Below, piece after piece: positions 53,662 to 64,000 of a DNA stretch of 64,000 bases. Both the position numbers and the translations under genes were made by a program. The notes beneath the pieces were generated by a model. That model made no database searches, was not told the origin of the DNA, and saw only the letters and a program-made list of their open reading frames with translations. Position 1 is the stretch's first letter, and every line of letters begins with the position of its first letter. Where the stretch lies: assembly GCA_028534125.1 (NCBI GenBank), contig CM052818.1:45324001-45388000 (forward strand). The letters run 5' to 3'. Source of the DNA: Lama glama (taxonomy: Eukaryota).

Positions 53662-56466
53662 TGAGGAGCGTTACTTTTAATTAAATGTTAGCTCGTGTGT
53701 GTTTTAAAGCCTCAAAGAAGTGTATCATTCAGCCACTGTGGGATGTCTATTGAGTCTCTGATTTGATTTTTTCCCCTTGTAGTGTGTGCCCATCTTTCTT
53801 TTTTTCTTTCAGTAAAGCCCTACTGATAATTTAGGTTCTTCCTCAAATGGTCTCCCCATCCTGCACTGAGTAATTACTCCCGCTTTTCACCTTCTAAAGC
53901 CTGAATCTGTCATCTTAGCAATCCCCACAAATGTGGGGAGGGAGGGTGCACGTTGTTCATCTTGTATCAGTGAGGTCATTTTTCCTTAAAATTCTTTGCT
54001 ATCAATGACAAAGTAGCCAAAAGCCAGCCGACCTGAGCCAGGACAGGAGAAGGGACAGGATGGGGCAGGCCAGCCCCTTCCCGCCTCCCGCATGGGCCCA
54101 CCGGTCCTGAGTGAATCACCAAGAAGGACGGGCAGGGTTTTCTGCCTTTTCCTCTTCCGTTACGGTAGACGGTTTTCAGGTGTCTGACTTCTTGACTCCT
54201 CTCTGCCGGAGTGGTAGCAGGCTGTGGAACTCTGCGTTCCAGAGCTGACTGTGAAGGGAGGGAAGTGGAACTTGCTTTCATGTAGAAATCTCTCCCTCGA
54301 CCTGTCTGATCTCTTGCCACGGCTCCTTCTAAAGCTCAGCTGTCTCTCCAAGGAGCCGAGACAGAACAAGTTTCTGCAAGTGCACGTCAAGGTGCACTGA
54401 GAGGAGACCAGAGTGCCTGCACCCCATCACGAGGAAATAGGTCATCCTTAAAAGAGTAGTAATTTCCCACAATTGACTTGAAAAGTCTTTTTCTTCGCAA
54501 ATTAGTGTTTTCTGTGTATCACCTTGTCTCAGTGGCTCCAGAGTTATTCAGAATTAAAATCTCACAGTTTATAGCTCTGAAAGGAAGGAACAAAAATGAA
54601 ATGGACGGCTGGAGGAATGTGCTTAGGCTGGCATGAGTCACACGCATGCTGGAGTTGGTTTACACTTCACTTGTGAATTCTTGTTTTTTTTTTAAAGGCA
54701 AAACCAAATCTTGATTTCATTGTCATGTGAAAGCTTGTCATTTAGAATACTAATACATTTCTGTAACAAAACCTTATAAATCAACCATGGTCTGACACAC
54801 ACCTGGAAAGCAGAAATTCTTAGATTGGAATCCTGGTTTTAGACTCAAATCCTTATGTGGCCTGGGGCAAGGCATAGAACATCTTCCCTGCCTTTATGCC
54901 ATCTGTAAAGGATAAATACTTCTGTCTCAGGGATGTTGAAAGGATTAATTAGTTAGTCTGTTAAGAACTTTGAAGATGAAAAGTACTTTAAAAGTGCTTC
55001 TTAATAACATTATTGCTTAGAAAAGAGTGCCACTTTTATGCTAACCACTTTATGTCTCAAATTATATAAAGAAGGTATATTTAGTACTTACTGGTAGTCA
55101 TAAACCAGAGCTAGATCTCTCAGGGTGTGAACATCAAACATTGACTTCAGAATTTCAAAGGAGCATCACTCTTTAATGGATCATTTAGGAGTTGTGTTCT
55201 ACTCAGTAATTAGTTACAAAGATCGTATTTCAGGAAAAAGAAGACCCTTTCATACAGTGCACCCCCCTTTTTTAATTCAACCAGGTTTTTCAAATACTAA
55301 CTTTAAAAAGGGTGCATTCAGTTTTAAATTGGTACAAGGAGGACTGGAAAGTACATTTACTGTTTTTTGAGGAGAGAACCAAATAGAAGAGAAAACCATA
55401 TTCTTCTCTTCTTCCCTCTCCTCTCTCCTAGTTTCAACCTAGGGGTATGAAGGTGTTGCTTTTAGCCTTTCTAGAAGGATTAGAGCTAACATTAAAACTT
55501 ACTGGATGTGTCTATCTTAATTCTGTTTTTTCCCTCTAAACCAAGTTAACAATGATCTTATTTTATAATAAAACATTATTATACAAACATGCAATGAAGT
55601 CCTGTATAACTGGTACCAGATTCAAGTTTAACATCTTGATTGTTGCAGATGGCATTGAATTGCAGTTCACATACAGCAAACCATGACAGGGACAAAGATT
55701 ACAGAAAGAGACCTTAGAAAAGTTAGGAAAACGTGATCAAGAAATGAAATGAAAGTTAAATTCGGGGTAAAGTGTGTCAGAAAGAGGAATTCAAGGAAGA
55801 GACTGAAAGGAAAGACACCTGGAGAAGTCACAATGAATAGGGCTGACTCAACATTTACCCTCAGTGTAACTGCTTTTGTTTTCTCTGTGTAATCAGACGA
55901 TTTCATGTTCCAAGTTGCTCCAACTGTGGGTGTTGAGTCCAGTCCAGTGAGCTAAGCCCGAGTAAAGGAAAAGTCAGAATCCTCGTAAGCACTTCTCTGT
56001 GGCTTGACCGGAGGGCTTCATTTGTGTTCACGCCTTTGTAGAAGGTGAATGAGTTGCCGAAATACTCACATACCTAACTTATGTGTGGTGTAAATATCAA
56101 GTGCTCTTGAAGCATAAGGGCCACTGACCATTGCAGAAAGTTACAGGCTTCAGGAATATTGCTCCTTGTATTTTGGCTTCAGAAATATGATTTAGTAAGG
56201 TAAGTAACAACCATTGAAATATGTGGAACCACCACTCAAAATATGAAATCAGTGGGTGTTTGGGGCAGCCATTGTTTTCACTGCGCATCTATTGAGTATG
56301 AGTAATGACTGAGTGCTTGGGATTCTTTCCATTGATTGTGTTGTATGAATGCCGTTTTTTGTCTTTACCACACATGTAAAAGAGTCAGTTCTAATTAAAA
56401 CTTGTGTCAAATGGCAAATCAAAACATAATGCTAATTAATGTGTCATTCTCTTAAATTTCCTACAG

Positions 56467-56569
56467 TAAAACCCTTGAAGATCGGTTGAAACTTGAAGCA
56501 AAAAATGGGACATTGAGTGTATCCGACACCACGGTTGGCAGCAAACAATTGACATTTACATTAAAGAAG
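56467..56569 (+). CDS. NOL10: NOL10 penultimate exon (103 nt), (N)KTLEDRLKLEAKNGTLSVSDTTVGSKQLTFTLKK
   Basis: ctacag| acceptor, |gtaagt donor; AA+T completes an Asn codon. Confidence 0.96.
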
Positions 56570-57249
56570 GTAAGTTGCTTTTTAATGTTCTTTTTTAGTT
56601 CACAGGAGAAAATTAGCCTTCCAGTCGTGGTGTGTCTGTGTCTGACCTCAGAACTGCCTTCCCGTGCTTTTCCCCTGCTGAGGAAGCTTCTGTTCCTGTT
56701 CGATCATCTTCCTTACTGCCAGAACCCCTCCTGCGCTGAGAGCATGCTGCTTGGCTTTGGCAGAGCAGGCGTGTCTCTGGTGTCCCGAGGGCCCTGGTGA
56801 CCCCAGAGCTGGTACTGTTGCTGAGGAACCAGCAGCGTGGTTTCTGGGTCACTGGGCCACCTGAAATGTGGCCTTGTAAAGCGGAAGTCCTGACCACATA
56901 TGGCTTTAAAAGAATAGTTGAAGCTTATGTGGACTTTAAAGAAACTCAAGAACTGGTGAGTTCCTGACGTTCCTGGCGGTAAGAGCAGCTTGCCCAGGAT
57001 GTGTCGTTTCAGAAGAATTTCTGTCAGTAGTAGGTCCTATTCTCAGCTGACTTACAAGAGTCGTTTCTTTAGCCAGTTTTAACGATGCCTGGCCTGTATT
57101 AAAGGAGGAATCAGCTGGTTTAAATATTTGCTATTAACTGATGAGTGAAACTGCATGGTTTTATTCTTCAAAAAAATTTATTCTCAGTTAGTTTCCTTTA
57201 ATATATTTGTCACTGGGAGGGAAAGAATGACAAAGACTCCACCTCCATT

Positions 57250-58065
57250 TCTTTTTTAAAATTGAGATACAATTCACATATAAAGTTCACCTCTTAAAAG
57301 TGTACAATTCTGGGTTTTTAGTATAGTCACTAAGCTGTGTGATCGGTACCACTATCTGACTCTGGAGCGTCGTCGTCCCCACAAAGGAAACCCCCTTTTG
57401 CAGTCTCCCTGCACACTCCCATCTCCCCAGCCTATGGATTTGCCTGTTCTGGACATTGTATATAAGTAGAATCATACAACATGTTTTCTTTTGCATCTGG
57501 CTTCTTTCACCTTATGTTTTCAAGGTTAACCCGTGTTGTAATATATACAGGAACTTTATTCCTTTTTGTGACTGAGTAATACTTCGTTGTGTGGATAGAT
57601 CACATTTTGTTTGTCCTTTAATCTGTTGATGGGCCTTTGGGTTGTTTCTTTTTTTTTCTTTTCTTTTTTGCTATGAATAATACTGCTATGAAAATTCAGG
57701 TGATGTTTCTGCATGGACACATGTTTCTGTTTCTCTTGGGCCTGTACTTAGGAGTGGAATTGCTGAGCCGTATCGTAGCTGTTTACCTTTTAAAGGAGCA
57801 GCCAGACTGCTTTCCGAAGCAGCTGCGCCGTGCGGCATTCTCACCAGCAGTGTGCGCGGGGGCCGCTTTCCCATCCCCACCAGCCCTTGCTGCTGCCGGC
57901 CTTCCTTACTGTGGCCCTCCCGGTGAGTGTGAAGTGCTGTCTCATCGCGGCTTTTTGATTTCCATCTTCCTGATGACTAAGGATGGTGGAGCATGTTTTC
58001 ATGAGCTCACTGGCCATTTGTATATTTTCTTTGGAGAAATGTCTGTTCAGATCCTCTGCCCACTC
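57250..58065 (-). mobile_element. L1M 3' fragment
   Basis: 'ttggccatttgtatattttctttggagaaatgtctgttcagatcc'-like text; starts at a T run. Confidence 0.75.
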
Positions 58066-61000
58066 CTTCTGATCCTGTGACAGTTCTCTGATGTCATCAG
58101 GAGGCTTGCAGATGATAAGAACATTTTTTTTTAGTTAGTATCCATTATCTTATATAGATACAATAGAAAGAAAAGGCAAAATTAGAAGAAAAAATTGCTT
58201 TTTCCTTGTGCTGAGAACTCTTCAGATTGACTCTCTCGGCAGCTTTCACGTAGGTAATACAGCAGCATTAACTGTAGTCGTCACGTGTACGTTACGTCCC
58301 TCGTACTTGTGTCTTATAGCTGGGAGTTTGTACCTTCTGGCCACCTTTCTCCAATTCGCCCTCTTTCTGTCCCCCAAAAGAAGTTTTTATTCCAAGTATA
58401 AGAAACTTTTCAGTTAAATCTCTCTCCATTTAGAGCAAGTTTGCACTCTTTCACTTCTCACTTAAATAAACCAAAACTGGGTGTGTGTTCAGAGTAACTC
58501 ACTGTGTATACCTGGTTTCTTAGCAATTTTCTGTGTGGTTTCAAACGTCTCCTGTTCCCCTCTGAAGTTCAGGTCGCCAAGTGGGTGGCAGGCGTAGGGC
58601 AGCTGTGGGGGCACTTCCGAGGCCTCGGGGCCGTACCGGCCGCTGGGCGCTCCCTCTACTGCTCAGGTGAGCTTTCAGGAGGATGCGAGCACATTCCTTT
58701 CCCACCTTTTTTTTCTTAATGGGAAGCTACTGAATTGAATATCAGTTTGTAATTCATGGTAAAGTGAAAATAAGCTGGCTCTGTTTTTGTTTTGTTGTTT
58801 TTTGTTTGTTTGTTTGTTTTTGCTAAAAACAGAAGCACTAAGTAAGAAACACTTAAAACAGCCTCGTAGAGTCTGGCAGAGGCTTTGACACTGTCTTTGG
58901 GAACATCAGCTGGGGTTTGACTTAGGCCAGTTTTATCATTTGATTCACGAAATTTTAACTATTAAATCTTAGTTTTATTTAAGGACATTTAGGGTTTGTT
59001 TGTACGTATATTTTCTGATACCGATCTCTCTCTATACTAGGCATGCGATACACTCAGGTAGAACCCCAAGTTTCCCCAGGTTTTCATGTGTACTTTCTAA
59101 CATGTGAATCAAGTGAAAAGGAGAAAAACTATGCTTTAATATTATTTTTAAAATGAATCAGTCACATGACAGCGACATCTTCCAAATGCATCCGCTGTTC
59201 AGAGAGAGGCTAAGAAGAGTTTTTTTTCTGGGCGGAGGCTTGTCTGCAGGACGATTGCTGCTTGCAAGCTCCTGTGTGGGCTCCAGCCTTTGTGGGGTCC
59301 GTCGGGCAGGGCCTCCCAGAATGCACTCTGGGCGGCGTAAGGGACTCCTGGAAGGTTGCTTTGCCAGCAGACACGTGAGGGAAATCTGCGACTGGTGCCC
59401 ATACTGGAGGCGTGTAACAGCCTCGACTCAAAAACTGCAGCCCACCCTGTTTACCTTTACTTAGTGCCCCGCTTCTCATCCAGAATTATTTGGGCAAGAA
59501 ACATTTGTCTTGGAGATCCTTTTTAACAGGAAGAAACGAAACATTAAGTTACCAGTGTTCACTAACTTTACAAGAGTCTTGATGACAGCATTATTTTGTC
59601 TGCTAAGGAGCGTGCAGTTTCCCTCGGGGTTTCTGAGTTTTCCATTGATGAATGTGTACTATACTTGCTCTGTGCCATGTGCACAGACACACAGGACAAG
59701 ACAGACTTGGTCCTTGTCACAGTCCTCCGTCTACAGAGAGAGGTACACAGACAGTGACATCATTGTAGTGTGGTGAGGGCTCCCAGGGAGGACCGAGGGC
59801 TGGGACTGTCGGGGCCTGACCTGGAGGGGAGATTGGGGGGTGGTGTCAGGGAGGGACACCTGTGGAGCCTACGTGTGTGAAGTAGCTGTCAAGGGGAAGG
59901 AAACTGTGGATCAGATGTAACCGAGAAGGTGCACGTGGAGCTGTCCTGCAGGGCCTTGTCAGAAGGGCGTGTTAAATTTTAACCTCAATCCTAAGAATCG
60001 TGGAAAGTTGTTGAAAAGCTTCAGTTAGCAGAAGATTGACATACCATTTTTATTTTTAAAAACTCATTGTGGCCATTGCAAGAGTAGCAAACTGAGAGGA
60101 TGGGAGAGGAACAGGCCCCTGCGTGGTCACCTGGAAGGACAGAGCCCTGAGTGGAGCTCGGGGGAAGGAGGAATATCCACGGCAGGCTTGACTTTGAAAG
60201 GGCTCTGAAAAGATGATGATAATCAGAAAAAGAAATAATTCTGTGTAAAAGTTTCCTAGAATAGGGTAATTCACCCCTTTTGGTTTTTACAAATTGCTCC
60301 TTTCTCACAATTCCCTCACCTCCCAACTCGTTAACTTTCAAATATTGAATAATACTATCTGGAAGTAAATATGGAGACTTTCTCTTCAAGACTGAAAGAC
60401 AAATAAATATTTTCAGGTGCATAGGAAAGTACAGACCATAGGCAGGCAGGCTGCAGGGGGTCTGAAAGGCAGTGCTTTTCAGCTTTAGAACTTATGCCCT
60501 TCGAGGGTTTTCCCAGTTTACCTCCTGTCAGCTCCATCAGCTAAGTTTGTTTGTCTGTTTTTGAGCTTCACAGTTAGTAGTGTGTATTATCTAAACCCTC
60601 AAATGTGTTTTTAAAACTACACAACTCTTACCACCATCGTGGATTCAGCGTTGATACTCTTCTGAGAATTTCTGCTAAAAGTAGTGGAACTGTTTGGAGA
60701 GGATCTGGCTCTCCCCTGAGTGTTGAGAACAGTGCCTTTAACGCAGCCAGCCTGGAACCCACGAGCTCATCCCAGCCATGAACTTGGGATGTGTCTGCCT
60801 AGCATTTAATGGTAGATCTCTGCCTTTCAAGGGGAGTTTGGTTTTTTTGGAAATAGCCAAAAATTCTTTGGAACCAGCTCTGCTGACTGGATGCTTTATC
60901 GTGGGTGGGTTATTATACATTTTTAGTACACCGAAGTATTTTTTTTTGTTTTTAAGGTAATATGAGTAAACTAATGAATGATGCTCGCTTAGAAACAAAT

Positions 61001-61383
61001 GACAGTTCTACAAGAGAAGTCGTGGACATTTTGAAAGCAGTAGCATCTTCTTAAGTTGGCTCTCTTGCGAGGGGCTGTACCTTTGAAAACGCCACTCGAG
61101 TGTTGTGCGTCGGTTGAAAAGCCAGCCTCAGACTTTGTGGTTCACACTGATGTGTCCGGGCCCTTCTCTTGCCCCTGGGTTTAGAATTCAGGTTTTACTG
61201 TCCCTGTGAAGGTTGGCCCTCATCCTGCTGTCCCCGCTGGAGCAGTGTCCATGGACAGGCCTCTCACATTTCTCCCACAGCAGGACTGTGATTGGTGGTC
61301 AGTGCTGTTGGCATTCTGGTGGTTACAAAAAAGGGGTGTTAGCGTTTTCTCTCTTTCTCTCTTCGCTTAATCTTCTCTTTTAG

Positions 61384-61503
61384 TCTGAACAGCAGAAGAA
61401 GCAGCAGGAGGCTGAGAAACTGCACCGACAAGAGAGGAAGACACTCCGTCGTTCAGCCGGTCACCTGAAGTCAAGGTCCCGGAGAGGACGGCCGTTCCAC
61501 TGA
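61384..61503 (+). CDS. NOL10: NOL10 last coding exon, SEQQKKQQEAEKLHRQERKTLRRSAGHLKSRSRRGRPFH*
   Basis: Long pyrimidine tract + tag| acceptor; TGA at 61501-61503; matches the NOL10 C-terminus. Confidence 0.96.
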   Translation, partial: SEQQKKQQEAEKLHRQERKTLRRSAGHLKSRSRRGRPFH

Positions 61504-62200
61504 ATCTGGAAATGGTCCTCCACACGGTTCAGAGGGAGCACGTCTCCCCCGCTGATGATCATTGAAGTGTATCAAACACAAACGGGGGCGCACGTTTCTG
61601 AAGTTCCACATAAATCCTGGCTGTGCCTACAGGGGTGGAGAGCTGGTACCTGGCCCCGACCCCAGGTCAGACCGTCAGGCTGGTCCCCTGGCCCGCACGG
61701 TGCCCCCAGAGAACTTCTGCACATTGTCGCTCCTGCGGACATTATTCTTTCCCCCTGGTTTTAATCAAGTAAAGCAGGTTGTTTTTTAACGTTGTGAAAT
61801 GCGCACCATGAAATGAAAGGTTATCCTGTGCTAAAAGCCAGGACGGATCGTCTTCTTGGAACTGTCTTTCTTGCACTGCCTGCTGTCATCACAAACTGCC
61901 CAGAAATGCGTTCCTGTCGTACCTTCCCGTGGGCATCGGTCATGTGTGTTTGTAAGTATATGCAGGCAGGAGTGTTGCTTATTTATGTGTTAGTTTGGGA
62001 TTTAAAAAAAATTTATTTTTATACCAAGACAATATAAATTAATGGCAATACAATCGGAAACAAGAAGTAGAAGCTACTGGGTATTCTTTTAACTTTTCAC
62101 AAGATTAAATGCAGATTTTTTTTTAATCTTTCTTAAGCACAATTGGAGATATACTGGTGGAAAAAACATTTATAAAAATAAATGCTTTCTTTTGAACAGC
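61504..62200 (+). other. NOL10: Probable NOL10 3'UTR
   Basis: Runs from the stop codon to just past the candidate poly(A) signals; the end position is inferred. Confidence 0.55.
62177..62182 (+). terminator. Candidate polyadenylation signal AATAAA (ATTAAA also at 62104)
   Basis: First AATAAA I found after the stop codon, with T/GT-rich sequence downstream at about 62245-62285. Confidence 0.55.
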
Positions 62201-64000
62201 TTTTTGGAGAGAGACCCATTCATTAAGTTAATTTGAAAATTAACTTTGGTTTTCTTAGTTTTGTAGGTGTGAGTGTGATTTTGGAGGTGCATTTCTTCAT
62301 ATACAACTGGATGGTAGATGAACTTGAGATGCTGTGAGCAAACAGGCAGATGTGTGAATTAACATAAACGGGCTGTAGACCCTGTCAGTGCCGCGGGCAG
62401 CCGGATGCAGGCCTTCCAGATCAGGCAGGCCCTCCCTTCTTTGTTTTCTCCCTCCTGTTTCTACATTGTTCCTTGTCTCTTCAGGTCCCCCTTCTGCCTC
62501 TGCTTGTGTGCAGACTGGCCTGCTCCCCGCAGCAGGCAACAGTGTGGGTCGTATTGCTACCTCTGGTCTGAGAGGCAGAGTGTGTTTCCAGAAAAAAATT
62601 GTGTGTGTGTGTGTACGTACAGACACTGTCACCAGGAAGAGGCTCTTGTTACCTGGGCAGCCAACCCAACCTGTGTCGTGGTACCAGCCCCACCCCCCAC
62701 CTGTTTCATTTCCTGGAACTTTGCTTTCTCAGCTTATCCCCTAATCTGTTCATGGACCTTTCTTGTGACTTTCTTCTCTGTTTCCCAGCTGCTCTGTTCA
62801 GGCTGAGAGTGTGAGAAGTTAAAGGAGGACGCTGCCAGCTGGAGTTCTTCCCTAGGGGTTGAGGGTTGTGCTCCAGGCCTGGGGGTCAGGCTCTCCCACA
62901 CCTCTACCTGGCCTTCCCAGACCCCTTTTTTCCCTCTTTCTTTGGGGTCCTCCCTGTGGTGTGGGGACTCAGTGCACCCCGTGTGAAATTCCAGGTGCAG
63001 TGGCGGCCGCTGACAGAGGGGGCTCACTGCCTAGGGCTCATCTGAGTCTGGGCATTGGAGCGTCCCAGGTCTGGGAGGGTGGATCCACTCTGGACACTTG
63101 GGACGCTGGCAGTGGGGCCAGCCTGACCCGGGGTGGGATCCCAGCCCTGTTGCCCACCAGTTCCGTAACCACTGACCATTTAACCTCTCTGAGTCTCATA
63201 TCCTCCTGTCAGTGAGCCTGACACTTCATTTAGGTGAGGAGTAAATGGGGTTCATCCGTAGTGAGCCTCTCACACAGTGTGGGACCCGGGAGTGCCCGGT
63301 AAAGCATCTCGCTCATCAGTCACCCTCCGCTCCCCTCTGCACATACCTTGCTGAACTCAGCGTGATCTTTATAGTCTTTAATATCAAGGTTTTCCCGGAG
63401 CGAGGTGCCCTCAGCTTTTGTTCCAGGGGCTTCCTGAAGGGGCAAATGGAGGGGCCTAAGCTGAAGCTGTGACAGACATTCAAGAAAACCTTGAAGAGAC
63501 AGTCACAGGATACATCCTCCAGCCCCCACTGTCCCCCTGCTGATCCCTTGAACAGCCCCGCCTCTCCAGGATGGAGACTCCTGGAGTACCTGCTGTGACC
63601 CCCATGTTTCTTTGAAGTCTTCTGTTTTAAAATGTTACACGAGTTTCATGCTCCATAACTTTGCTGTTTTTCCAACATCTTCCTCACCAGCCCTGGGTCG
63701 GGGCAGTGCTTCTCCCAGGTCTCCACCACAAGATGCAGGTAGGAGAGGCACCACCTAAAGATGGGCTTGGGTTTTATGGCAGGACCATCCTGGGCGTTAC
63801 TGAGTGATGACTTCTCTAATCCTGCACCAGGCCCCATCATTCTCTGGTTCCCCCGTCCTCATGCCTAAATTTCTTTTTCCCCAACTGTTAAAGAATTGAA
63901 ATTCCCCCCCCCCAACTACCAGAAGAAGAGAGGTTTCTTTAAAGTGGGAGAAATTCCAGCATGACTGCGTGCTGCTAGGAATAGTCCAGGAAAAGGAAAA

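Noticed and set aside
57637..58080. 147-aa hydrophobic ORF
   Set aside because: Antisense reading of an L1 3' fragment
62297..63840. Cluster of overlapping ORFs after NOL10
   Set aside because: GC-rich intergenic sequence with no recognisable protein or consistent exon structure

Overview
Mammalian genomic DNA, most likely camelid (tRNA-derived vic-1-type SINEs). The + strand carries the last nine coding exons of NOL10 (nucleolar protein 10), from a 53-nt exon at 3128 to the stop codon at 61503, then the 3'UTR and a poly(A) signal. All nine exons have canonical AG/GT sites and consistent phases. The introns hold a 4.8-kb L1 with an internal RT deletion, a twin-primed L1 fragment, an ERV1-like solo LTR rich in CCAAT/octamer motifs, SINEs, DNA-transposon relics and old L1/L2/MIR fragments. 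The main unexpected signal is on the - strand between about 34.5 kb and 0.2 kb. A chain of non-repetitive, splice-site-flanked segments translates (with stops and frameshifts) into C-type-lectin-like and then fibronectin-type-III-like motifs. I interpret this as a decayed multi-exon gene nested antisense in, and interleaved with, NOL10. That reconstruction was done by eye and needs a homology search. Repeat family names come from recalled consensus similarity, not RepeatMasker.
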